This document shows, one piece after another, positions 1-10,300 of a stretch of 64,000 nt of DNA. Location of the stretch: contig NC_086108.1 of NCBI RefSeq assembly GCF_963921235.1, positions 11,904,001-11,968,000 of the forward strand, given 5' to 3'. This stretch comes from Mobula hypostoma. Lineage: Eukaryota. The notes beneath the pieces were generated by a model, which ran no database searches, had not been told where the DNA came from, and saw nothing but the letters and a program-made list of their open reading frames with translations. The stretch's first letter is position 1, and each line of letters starts with the position of its first letter. A program made the translations under genes and the position numbers.

Positions 1-920
1 TGAAAGGACCTGCGTGTGGCTAAAGGGGCTGTGTTTCCCTAATGGGGGTGCCTTTCCCTAAAGGGGCTATGATAGATGAAAAGGTGCTGCGTGTGACTAA
101 AGGGACTGTGTGTGACTAAACGACCTGCCTTTGACTACGTGGACTGCGTCTGACTAAAGATGCGGTGGATGACCAAAGTGGCTGCGTGTGCTGTGTTTCA
201 ATAAATGCGCTGTCTGTGACTAAAGGGTCTGAGTGTAACTAAAGGGCTGACTGTGACTAAAGATACTGTGTTTGAATAAAGATCTATGTGTAAATCAAGG
301 GGCTGTGATAGAAAATAAGGACTGCGTCTGAGTAAAGGGTTTGAGTGTGAAAATAATCTGCGTGCGAATAAAGGGGCTGCGTGTGAAAAAAGGTCTGCGT
401 GTGAAAAAAGGGTCTGAGTGTGAAAAAAAGGTCTGCGTGCGAATAATGGGGCTGCATGTGAATAAAGGGGATGCGTGTGAATAAAGGGGCTGCGTGTGAA
501 TAAAGGGGATGCGTGTGAATAAAGGGGCTGCGTGTGAATAAAGGGGATGCGTGTGAATAAAGGGGCTGCATGTGAATAAAGGGGCTGCTTGTGAATAAAG
601 GGGCTGCGTGTGAATAAAGGGGATGCGTGTGAATAAAGGGGCTGCATGTGAATAAAGGGGCTGCTTGTGAATAAAGGGGCTGCGTGTGAATAAAGGGGAT
701 GCGTATGAATAAAGGGGCTGCGTGTGAATAAAGGGGATGCGTGTGACTAAAGGGGATGCGTGTGAATAAAGGGGCTGCGTGTGAATAAAGGGGCCGTGTG
801 TGAATAAAGAGTCTGAGTGTGAATAAAGTGTCTGTGTGTGAATAAAGGAGCTGTGTGTGAGTAAAGCAGCAATGTGTTAGCAACAGTGTTGTGTGTGACT
901 AAAGGGCTGTGTGTGACTCG
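1..920. repeat. 19-bp minisatellite (GTGAATAAAGGGG[C/A]TGCGT)n, homogeneous core ~440-800, degenerate edges; continues off the window start
   Basis: Unit read directly, e.g. ATAAAGGGGCTGCGTGTGA repeating from 481. ORFs 198..647 and 284..883 show the resulting 19-aa periodicity. Confidence 0.95.
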
Positions 921-942
921 GTGCTGTGTTTTGGACTATGAG

Positions 943-1130
943 CTTGTTGTTGCTCAGTTGTTAAGTTGAGTCCAACTCTTCATGACGTCATGGCAAGATT
1001 CGGAAGTAGATTGCCAGACCTTTCTTCCGCGCAGGTACTGCTGCTGTCCAGGTTGGGACCCGGCTGGGTTTGAACTCAGGACTATCTGACTCGAAGTCCA
1101 GTGCTGACACCACTACACCACCAGCTGGCC
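943..1130 (-). mobile_element. tRNA-derived SINE with RTE/BovB-type 3' tail
   Basis: Minus strand: tRNA-like head GGCCAGCTGGTGGTGTAGTGG (A box) ... GAGTTCAAACC (B box); tail GAAGAAAGGTCTGGCAATCTACTTCC...CATGAAGAGTTGGACTCAACTTAACAACTGAGCAACAACAA, like RTE-mobilised SINE tails. TATGAG duplicated at 937-942 and 1131-1136. Confidence 0.85.
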
Positions 1131-1159
1131 TATGAGTAGGAGCACATTGTGCTTTTTTA

Positions 1160-1262
1160 TACTGTGTGTCTAACTATATGCACTGTGTGTGACGAGATGT
1201 ATTGTGTTTGACTATATGTCCAGTGTTTTGCACCTTGTGCCCAGAACAACACTGTGTTTATC
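1160..1262 (+). mobile_element. Short LINE 3'-UTR fragment (probably Rex1/Babar type)
   Basis: TGTTTTGCACCTTGTGCCCAGAACAAC resembles TGTTTTGCACCTTGGCCCCAGTGGAAC at ~52408 and the tail of the Rex-like LINE at ~54190. Confidence 0.45.
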
Positions 1263-1263
1263 T

Positions 1264-1550
1264 GAATTGGGGTGTAGTGGTTTGGTTTGATGCTCACTCT
1301 TCTGAACCTACTCTTCCTTGATATTACAGCGGCTGCAAAGACACGTCCCTCAGGACTGTGACAGGGTCTGGTGAGCCCACCTACCAATGGCTATGGATCA
1401 AGATGTGTGACCCATGGACCAGCGCTTCTGGGATGAATGTCGGGATCAAACCAGGATGTGCCACCCAGCCTGGGTGATGTTTTTTGATGTGCAAAGTCCC
1501 GAAACACCCAATGCTCCCAGGTTCCATCTCTGATCTTGTGTCCCAGCACA
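1264..1550 (+). mobile_element. Degenerate 3' end of a Hero-like (restriction-like endonuclease) non-LTR retrotransposon
   Basis: With frameshifts and stops it reads ELGCSGLV*CSLF*TYSSL/LDITAAAK../LRTVTGSGEPTYQWLWIKMCDPW, matching the recalled Hero C-terminus (EVGCRGF...ITG...RWLWIKR.DPW). It is followed by CCCGAAACACCCAATG..CCCAGG...CTGAT..TGTGTCC, like the Hero 3' UTR. Recognised from memory, not searched. Confidence 0.6.
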
Positions 1551-2344
1551 CCCTACGAAGTACCTCAGTGTCACTATACATGTGTGCAGTTGAGCAACAA
1601 TGAGCTTGAGCTTTTCTGGTGTGGTCCTGTTTTCCTGGCGTGTGCGGCGCTAAGCTAAGCCTCCTATGGAAGCACATTTCTGAACATTTGCTCCGTAACA
1701 CACTGCATTTTATGAGAATGATAATGTAGAACAAGCCTTTTCTTAATTGCAGTTCTTGAATAATTATGCTGCAATTTATATTATAATTTTACTGTCCATA
1801 TCCTGAGCTGTCACTCTAACAAATGCTAATCGCTTAATCTGCTCACCAGCTGCTTCAGTCCAGCCTGGCTGAATGTTGTGCCATCTTTAAGCACTTTATA
1901 ATGCTCTGATAATTGTGCCTGCTTTTTCCTTCTTCTGTAATTATTTTCTGTGCTTCGGCACTTGATATCTATTCTCAAGTAAAATGGATCATAAATTTGC
2001 TGGGATGTCTGTACTACAGGGGAGTTATGAGACAGATTGCATTGAAATTAAGTGGAGCTGAATTCCATTACTGCTCAGAAGCTGATCACCAGGGAATCAG
2101 ACTACTGTACTTCTCTATTTTTGTGACCCAATCTGTACATTGCAAACAAGAAAATCCAGCAACTCATAACATGATGGTTATCAATTCCTGTCCAAGCCAG
2201 GTTGGTTTCCAATTAGGTCGAATTTCACATCATCATGCTGAATAGTTTGCTCATATGGTAGATTTCCCACAAGTTTCTCCACATTCCTCCATTGTTGCTC
2301 CTTGAAGTCGATGGTGTCAGACTACCCCTCTCTTTCAAAAACTA

Positions 2345-2420
2345 AGATGCTGGAGCAACTCAGCAGGTTAGAGGGAAATGGACAGTTGGCATTTTGAGTG
2401 GAACCTCTTCTTCAGGCTTA
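2345..2420 (-). mobile_element. Penelope-like terminal repeat fragment
   Basis: ATGCTGGAGCAACTCAGCAGG...CTTCTTCAGG is the reverse complement of the motif at 62690-62790 and 59455-59575; CTGAAGA on the minus strand at 2409-2415. Confidence 0.6.
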
Positions 2421-2934
2421 CCACATTCTTTCCCTGGGTTTGAAGACCTTATGGTCCCAATCAGGTACCCTGTGACCTGGTTAGCCCACCTCTCTGATTG
2501 ATATTGAAACCTTCCACTCACCTGCTCCCCGGGCTGAATAAAGTCCAGTCCCGGCCCTTACTTCCAGCCAGGATCTCCTATGGGACAGAGTGTCAATTCC
2601 ATCTGTGGTGCGTCCTCCCTGCATTGCCAAGGATTACCATTTGGGCTTACATGGAACCACTCAAGGCAGGTTCTGGGAGGCTAGCCAGGCATTTTGTGCG
2701 GCACCTGGAGGAAAGAAGAGGGCAAGAAGGCTTGAATAAATGAGATGATCTCCTAAGCCAGAGTCCTTTCTCCCTACAGTTCTCTGCAAGTCAGAGCCAG
2801 ACCAGTGAGCAAGTCTACAATGAAGGTCTCTGTGGGTTTAATCAGAGGAGGTGGTGTTAGACTCACAGGGTAGGAACTATCGATTATCATTCAGTTCCAG
2901 AAGAAGCAAACAAAACAACAGAGATGTTAAAAAG

Positions 2935-3042
2935 ATCAGATGAAAGGTCATTTACTTGTAACATTAACCCTGTAGAGACACTGCCTGAGTTATTGAGAAT
3001 CCCCAGAACTTTTAGCTCTTATTTCTGATCTGGTATCTGAAT
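2935..3042 (+). mobile_element. Old, diverged Penelope-like terminal repeat fragment
   Basis: CAGATGAAAGGTCAT...CTGCCTGAGTTATTGAGAATCCCCAGAAC...ATTTCTGATCTGGTATCTG parallels the copies at 59455 and 62690. Confidence 0.45.
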
Positions 3043-3064
3043 GCATAGCCATTTATCTGGAACG

Positions 3065-3460
3065 AATGGACAGAGACTGTTTCCCAGAACAGAAATTGCT
3101 AATATGGGGAGGGGGGCCTAATTTTAATATTATGAAGGAAAGTATGGGGGGGGGGAGTGAAAGGAGTCAGAGGAAATTTTTTTTGCATGAAGAATGGTGG
3201 GTTTGTGAAACTCCCTGCCAGGGATGTTGGCAGATGTAGACACGTATATTCAGAGTATTTTAAAGAATCTTAGATAGACATGTGGGTGTTAGAGAAATGG
3301 AGGGTTATGTAGGAGGGAGGGGTTAGACTGATCTTCGAGCAGATTAAAAGGTTGACACAACATTGTGGGCAGAAGTGTCTATACTGTCCTGTAATGGTTT
3401 ATGACCTATGTTGTTTGTTCTTTTTTCTATCGTATGTGTTCTATGTTCTATGATCTATGG
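3065..3460 (+). mobile_element. CR1 LINE 3' fragment (ORF2 C-terminus plus 3' UTR)
   Basis: Degenerate FF..RVV..WNSLP coding signature (AGAATGGTGGGTTTGTGAAACTCCCTGCCA); 3' UTR GACACAACATTGTGGGCAGAAG...; TTCTATG-type tail. Its reverse complement matches 59060-59180. Confidence 0.85.
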
Positions 3461-3544
3461 TATGTACTCTACCAGAAAGGGCAACAGAAATAATTTAAAT
3501 GGCAGCTGGGTAAAAACATTTATTCCAAGGCATGAGGGAAGTGC

Positions 3545-3920
3545 TTCCTCCAAGAAGAGGCTTGTGTGCCTCAGTGACCTAGAGAGCTATGTTGGCTGGA
3601 GTCAGTGCTGTGGCTCTTAGTAGTGTCAGCAGTGCCAAGAAGGTCAAAGGGTAGAGGCCAGAATAAGAGTCATCTAGTGGTCCTCCAGGTTCAGGGTTCA
3701 GCTCAGGGCTAGGAACCCAGGTTGGTTAAAATAAACAAGGAAACGGCACTGAAAAATCTTTCTACAACCGAATGTGACGGTATTCCTGAGACTTCACATG
3801 GGACTTGCATGACTGACAGTAGTGAAAACTGAGCTTCAGACATGATGCAGGAAGCTTTCAACACCACTAGAGATAGAGGACCTTCATTGCTGCCCTAAAT
3901 GCCAGTGGCATAATGAGCGG
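3545..3920 (+). mobile_element. Non-autonomous, internally deleted RTE-derived element (RTE-like 5' UTR joined to RTE-like 3' end)
   Basis: 5' part GTGCCTCAGTGACCTAGAGAGCTATGTTGGCTGGAG...AGGTCAAAGGGTAGAGGCCAGA...GGTCCTCCAGGTT and 3' part GAGGACCTTCATTGCTGCCCTAAATGCCAGTGGCATAATG resemble recalled RTE-clade termini; no ORF lies between them. Confidence 0.6.
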
Positions 3921-4359
3921 CAGACAGGGAAAAGCTTGGACCAACTGAATTGTTCTCTCAAGCAGCGTGTAAAGGATCGATGGGCTGAGTAAACATCTCT
4001 TGCACTTCCTCATTCAAATAATTGCACAGTTACACGTTGGAACTCCATGGTTCAGGTTTAAGTGATTCTCAGCCGAGTGACAGACACTGAAATGAGACTG
4101 TCTTGTTCTAGCCCATTGATAACAGATAATTAATAACTCATGTTGACACTGAGAGTGGTATTTAACATTTCACAGTGTCTATAATTCATCTCATTGTCAC
4201 TCTGTAATAGCTCCCCAGTGTGATAATTGCATACAGACCCAGGATGAGTCTGGGATGAGTCTGGGAAGTGAGCACGGAGAAGAATTGCAATACATTGGAA
4301 GGTGAGGAATAGCTGCCTCGTGTCACCAGCACTCAGCAGTTGCAGTCATCCATTCGAAG

Positions 4360-7300
4360 GAGAAGCCGGCTGGAGTGTGGAGAAAGAGGAGATGGTCAGT
4401 GTGTTGGAGAAATAGGAGATGGTCAGTATGTTGGAGAAAGAGGAGATGGTCAGTGTGTTGGAGAAAGAGGAGATGGTCAGTGTGTTGGAGAAAGAGGAGA
4501 TGGTCAGTATGTTGGAGAAAGAGGAGATGGTCAGTATGTTGGAGAAAGAGGAGATGGTCAGTGTGTTGGAGCGGGAGGAAATGGTCAGTGTGTTAGAGCA
4601 GAAGGAGATAGCCAGTGTGTTGGAGGAGGAGGAGATGGTCAGTGTGTTGGAGATGGAGGAGATGGGCAGAGTGTTGGAGAAGGAAGAGACGGTAAGTGTG
4701 TTGGAGAAGGAGGAGATGGTCAGTGTGTTGGAGAGGGAGAAGATGGTCAGTGTGTTGTAGAAGGTGGAGATGGTCAGGGTGTTGGAGAAGGAGGAGATAG
4801 TCAGTGAGTTGGAGAGGGAGGAGATAGCCAGTGAGTTGGAGAGGGAGGAGATGGTCAGTGTGTGGAGAAGGAGGAGATGGTCAGTGTGTGGAGAAGGAGG
4901 AGATGGTCAGTGTGTTGTAGAAGGAGGAGATGATTGGTCTGTTGGAGAAAGAGAGGATGGTCAGTGTGTTGGAGAGGAAGGAAATGGTCGGTCTGTTGGA
5001 GAAGGAGGAGATGATCAGTGTCTTGGAAAAGGAGGAGTCGGTTGTTGTGTTGGAGACAGAGGAGCCGGTCAATGTATTGGAGAAAAGGTGATGGTCAGTG
5101 TGTTGGAGAAGGGGGAGATGGTCAGTGTCTTGGAGAAGGAGGAGCCGGTCGGTGTGTTGGAGACAGTGGAGACGGTCATTGTTTTAGAGAATAAGGAGAT
5201 ATTCAGTGTGTTGGAGAAGGAGGAGATGTTCAGTGTGTTGGAGAATGAGGAGATGGTCAGTGTGTTGGAGAAGGAGAAGCCTGTCAGTGTGTTGGAGATG
5301 GAGGAGACAGTCAGTGTGTTGGAGAAGGAGGAGATGGTCAGTGTGTTGGAGAGGGAGCAGATGGTCAGTGTATTGGAGAAAAGGTGATGGTTGTGTGTTG
5401 GAGAAGGGGGAGATGGTCAGTGTCTTGGAAAGGGAGGAGCTGGTCGGTGTGTTGGTGACGGTGGAGCCAGTCATTGTTTTGGAGAAGAAGGAGATATTCA
5501 GTGTGTTGGAGAAGGAGGAGATGGTCAGTGTGTTAGAGAAAGAGAAGATGGTCAGTATGGTGGAGAAGAAGGAGTTGGTCAGTTACTTGGAAAAGGAAGA
5601 GCCAGTCGGTGTGTTGGAGAGGGAGGAGCCGGTCAGTGCTTTGAAGAAGAAAGGAGATGGTCAGTGTGTTGGAGAAGGAGGTGGTGGTCCGTGTGTTGGA
5701 GAAGGATGAGATTGTCAGTGTGTTGGAGAAGAAGCCACCAGTCAGCTGATATGTTGCGGCAGGAGGAAATGGCCAGTCGGTGTGTTGGAGAAGGAGGAGA
5801 TGGTCGGTGTGTTGGAGAAGGAAGAGATGGTCAGTATGTTGGAGAAGGAGGAGATTATCAGCGTGTTGGAGAGCTAGGAGATGGTCGGTCTGTTGGAGAA
5901 GGAGGAGATGGTCAGTGTGATGGGGAGGGAAGAGATAGTCAGTGTGTTGGAGATGGTAGAGATGGTCAGTGTGTTGGAGAAGGAGGAGATGGTCAGTGTA
6001 TTGGAGAAGGAGGAGATGGTCAGTGTGTTGGAGAAGGAGGAGATGGTCAGTGTGATGGGGAGGGAAGAGATAGTCAGTGTGTTGCAGAAGGTGGAGATGG
6101 TCAGTCTGTTGGAGAAGGAGGAGATGGTCAGTGTATTGGAGAAGGAGGAGATGGTCAGTGTGTTGGAGAAGGAGGAGATGGTCAGTGTGTTGGAGAAGGA
6201 GGAGATGGTCAGTATGGTGGAGAAGAAGGAGTTGGTCAGTTACTTGGAAAAGGAAGAGCCAGTCGGTGTGTTGGAGAGGGAGGAGCCGGTCAGTGCTTTG
6301 AAGAAGAAAGGAGATGGTCAGTGTGTTGGAGAAGGAGGTAGTGGTCCGTGTGTTGGAGAAGGATGAGATTGTCAGTGTGTTGGAGAAGGAGCCACCAGTC
6401 AGCTGATATGTTGCGGCAGGAGGAGATGGCCAGTCGGTGTGTTGGAGAAGGAGGAGATGGTCGGTGTGTTGGAGAAGGAAGAGATGGTCAGTGTGTTACA
6501 GAAGGAGGAGATGGTCAGTATATTGCAGAAGGAGGAGATGGTCGGTCTGTTGGAGAAGGAGGAGATGGTCAGTGTGTTGGAGAAGGAGGAGATGGTCAGT
6601 GTGTTGGAGAAGGAGGAGATGGTCAGTATGTTGGAGAAGGAGGAGATTATCAGCGTGTTGGAGAGCTAGGAGATGGTCGGTCTGTTGGAGAAGGAGGAGA
6701 TGGTCAGTGTGTTGGGGAGGGAAGAGATAGTCAGTGTGTTGGAGATGGTAGAGATGGTCAGTGTGTTGGAGAAGGAGGAGATGGTCAGTGTATTGGAGAA
6801 GGAGGAGATGGTCAGTGTGTTGGAGAAGGAGGAGATGGTCAGTGTGTTGGAGAGAGAGGGGATGGTCAGTACGTTGGAGAAGGAGGACATGGTCAGTGTC
6901 TTGGAAAAGGAGGAGATGGTCGGTGTGTTGGAGACGGTGGAACCGGTCAGTGTTTTGGAGAAGAAGGAGATGGTCAGTGTGTTGGAGAAGGAGGAGATGT
7001 TCAGAGTGTTGAAGAAGGAAGAGATGGTCAGTGTGTTGCCGAAGGAAGAGATGGTCAGTGTGTTGGAGATGGAGGAGATGGACAGTATGCTGGAGAAGGA
7101 GGAGATGTTCAATGTGTTGGAGATGGAGGAGATGGTCAGTATGTTGGAGAAGGAGGAGATGGTCAGCGTCTTGGAAAAGGAAGTGCCGTTGGGTGTGTTG
7201 GAGACGGAGGAGCCGGTCAGTGTTTTGGAGGAGGAGAAGATGGTCAGTGTGTTGGAGAAGGAGGAGATGGTCAGTGTCTTGGAAAAGGAGGAGCTGGTCA

Positions 7301-10300
7301 GTGTTTTGGAGAATGCGGAGATGGTCAGTGTGCTGGGTAAGGTTGAGATGGTCAGTGTGTTGGAGAAGGAGGAGATGGTCAGTGTGTTGGAGAAGGAGGA
7401 GATGGTCAGTGTGTTGGAGAAGGAGGAGATGGTCAGTGTGTTGGAGAGGGAGGAGATGGTCAGTGTACTAGAGAAGGAGGAGATGGTCAGTGTTTTGGAG
7501 ATGGAGGAGATGGTCAGTGTGTTGTAGAAGGAGGAGATTACCAGTGTGTTGGGGAAGGAGGAGGCGGTCAGTTTGTTGGAGAATAATAAGCCAGCCCGTA
7601 TGTACAGTATGTAGGGGAAGGGGGAGATGGCCTGTCGGTGTGTTGGAGAAGGACGACATGATCAGTGTGTTAGAGAAGAAGGAGATGGTCAGTGTGTTGA
7701 AGAAGGAGGAGATTGTCAGCGTGTTGGAGAAGGAGGAGATGGTCACTGTGTTGAAGAAGAAGGAGATGATTTGTCTGTTGGAGAAAGAGGGGATGGTCAG
7801 TGTGTTGGAGAGGGAGGAGATGGTCAGTGTGTTGGAGAAGGAGGAGATGGTCAGTGTGTTGGAGATGGAGGAGATGGTCAGTGTGTTGGAGAGGGAGGAG
7901 ATGGTCAGTGTGCTGGAGAAGGAGAAGATAGTCGGTGTGTTGGAGACGGTGGAACCGGTCATTGTTTTGAAGAAGAAGGAGATGGTCAGAGTTTCGGAGA
8001 AGGAGGAGATGTTCAGAGTGTTGAAGAAGGAAGAGATGGTCAGTGTGTTGCCGAAGGAAGAGATGGTCAGTGTGTTGGAGATGGAGGAGATGGACAGTGT
8101 GTTGGAGAGGAAGGAGATGTTCAATGAGTTGGTGAAGGAGTACATGGTCAGTATGTTGGAGAAGGAGGAGATGGTCAGTGTCTTGGAAAAGGAGGAGCCG
8201 TTCGGTGTGTTGGAGATGGAGGTGACAGTCAGTGTTTTGGAGAAGGAGGAGATGGTCAGTGTGTTGGAGAAGGAGGAGATGGTCAGTGTGTTGGAGAAGG
8301 AGGAGATGGTCAGTGTGTTGGAGAATGAGGAGATGGTCAGTGTGTTGGAGAAGGTTGAGATGGTCAGTGTGTTGGAGAAGGAGCAGATGGTCAGTGTGTT
8401 GGTGAAGGAGGTGATGGTCAGTGTGTTGGAGAAGGAGGAGATGGTCGGTGTGTTGGAGAGGGAGGAGATGGTCAGTGTGTTGGAGAAGGAGGAGATGGTC
8501 AGTGTTTTGGAGATGGAGGAGATGGTCAGTGTGTTGTAGAAGGAGGAGATTACCAGTGTGTTGGGGAAGGAGGAGGCGGTCAGTTTGTTGGAGAATAATA
8601 AGCCAGCCCGTATGTACAGTATGTAGGGGAAGGGGGAGATGGCCTGTCGGTGTGTTGGAGAAGGACGACATGATCAGTGTGTTAGAGAAGAAGGAGATGG
8701 TCAGTGTGTTGAAGAAGGAAGAGTGGTCAGTGTGTTGGAGAAGGAGGAGATGGTCAGTGTGTTGGAGAAGGAGGAGATGGTCAGTGTGTTGGAGAAGGAG
8801 GAGATGATTTGTCTGTTGGAGAAAGAGGGGATGGTCACTGTGTTGGAGAGGGAAGAGATAGTCAGAGTGTTAGAGAAGGTGGAGATGGTCAGTGTGTTGG
8901 AGAAGGAGGAGATGGTCAGTGTGTTGGAGAGGGAGGAGATGGTCAGTGTGCTGGAGAAGGAGGAGATGGTCAGTGTGTTGTAGAAGGAGGAGATGGTCAG
9001 ACTGTTGGAGAAGGAGGAGATGGTCAGTGTGTTGGAGAAGGAGGAGATGGTCAGTGTGTTGAAGAAGGAGGAGATGGTCAGTGTGTTGGAGAAGGAGGAG
9101 ATGGTCAGTGTGTTGGAGAAGGAGGAGATGTTCAGAGTGTTGAAGAAGGAAGAGATGGTCAGTGTGTTGCCGAAGGAGGAGATGGTCAGTGTGTTGGAGA
9201 TGGAGGAGATGGTCAGTGTTTTGGAGAAGGAGGAGATGGTCAGTGTTTTGGAGAAGGAGGAGCCAGTCAGTGTGTTGGAGAAGGAGGAGCTGGTCAGTGT
9301 CTTGGAGAAGGAGGAGATGGTCAGTGTGTTGGAGAAGGAGGAGATGGTCAGTGTGTTGGAGAAGGAGGAGATGGTCAGTGTGTTGGAGAAGGAGCAGATG
9401 GTCAGTGTGTTGGAGAAGGAGGAGATGGTCAGTGTGTTGGAGAAGGAGGAAATGGTCAGTGTGTTGGAGAGGGAGGAGATGGTCAGTGTGTTGGAGAAGG
9501 AGGAGATGGTCAGTGTGTTGGAGATGGAGGAGATGGTCAGTGTGTTGGAGAAGGAGGAGATGGTCAGTGTGTTGGAGAAGGAGGAGATGGTCAGTGTGTT
9601 GGAGAAGGAGGAGATGGTCAGTGTCTTGGAAAAGGAGGAGCAGGTCGGTGTGTTGGAGACGGAGGAGCCGGTCAGTGTTTTGGAGAAGAAGGAGATGGTC
9701 AGTGTGTTGGAGAAGGAGGAGATGGTCAGTGTGTTGGAAAGGGAGGAGATCGGTCTGTGTGTTGGAGAAGGAGCAGATGGTTGGTGTTTTGGGGAAGGAG
9801 GAACCAGTCAGTTTGGTGCAGAATTGTAAGCCAGCCGGTATGTTGGGGCAGGAGGAAATGGCCTGTCTGTGTCTTGGAAAAGGAGGAGCCGGTCGGTGTG
9901 TTGCAGACGGCGGAGCCGTTCATTGTTTTAAAGAAGAAGGAGATGGTCAGTGTGTTGGAGAAGGAGGAGATGGTCAGTGTGTTGGAGAAGGAGGAGATGG
10001 TCAGTGTGTTGGAGAAGGAGGAGATGGTCAGTGTGTTGGAGAAGGAGGAGATGGTCAGTGTGTTGGAGAAGGAGGAGATGGTCAGTGTGTTGGAGAAGGA
10101 GGAGATGGTCAGTGTGTTGGAGAAGGAGGAGATGGTCAGTGTGTTGGAGAAGGAGGAGATGGTCAGTGTGTTGGAGATGCAGGAGATGGTCAGTGTTTTG
10201 GAGAAGGAGGAGCCAGTCGGTGTGTTGGAGATGGACGAGATGGTCAGTGTGTTGGAGAAGGAGGAGATGGTCAGTGTGTTGGAGAAGGAGGAGATGGTCA

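Noticed and set aside
198..883. His/Pro-rich minus-strand ORFs
   Set aside because: They are translations of the 19-bp minisatellite.
1055..1130. tRNA-Arg-like gene on the minus strand (and a tRNA-like head at 57490-57560)
   Set aside because: The stems pair poorly, and both continue into SINE bodies bounded by TSDs.
1913..2743. Short ORFs 1913..2245 and 2498..2743 (also 54608-55008 and 55394-55839)
   Set aside because: Non-ATG starts or random-length frames with no recognisable domain.
4238..4266. GGATGAGTCTG duplication near the array edge
   Set aside because: A trivial 12-bp slippage duplication with no matching copy at the other array edge.
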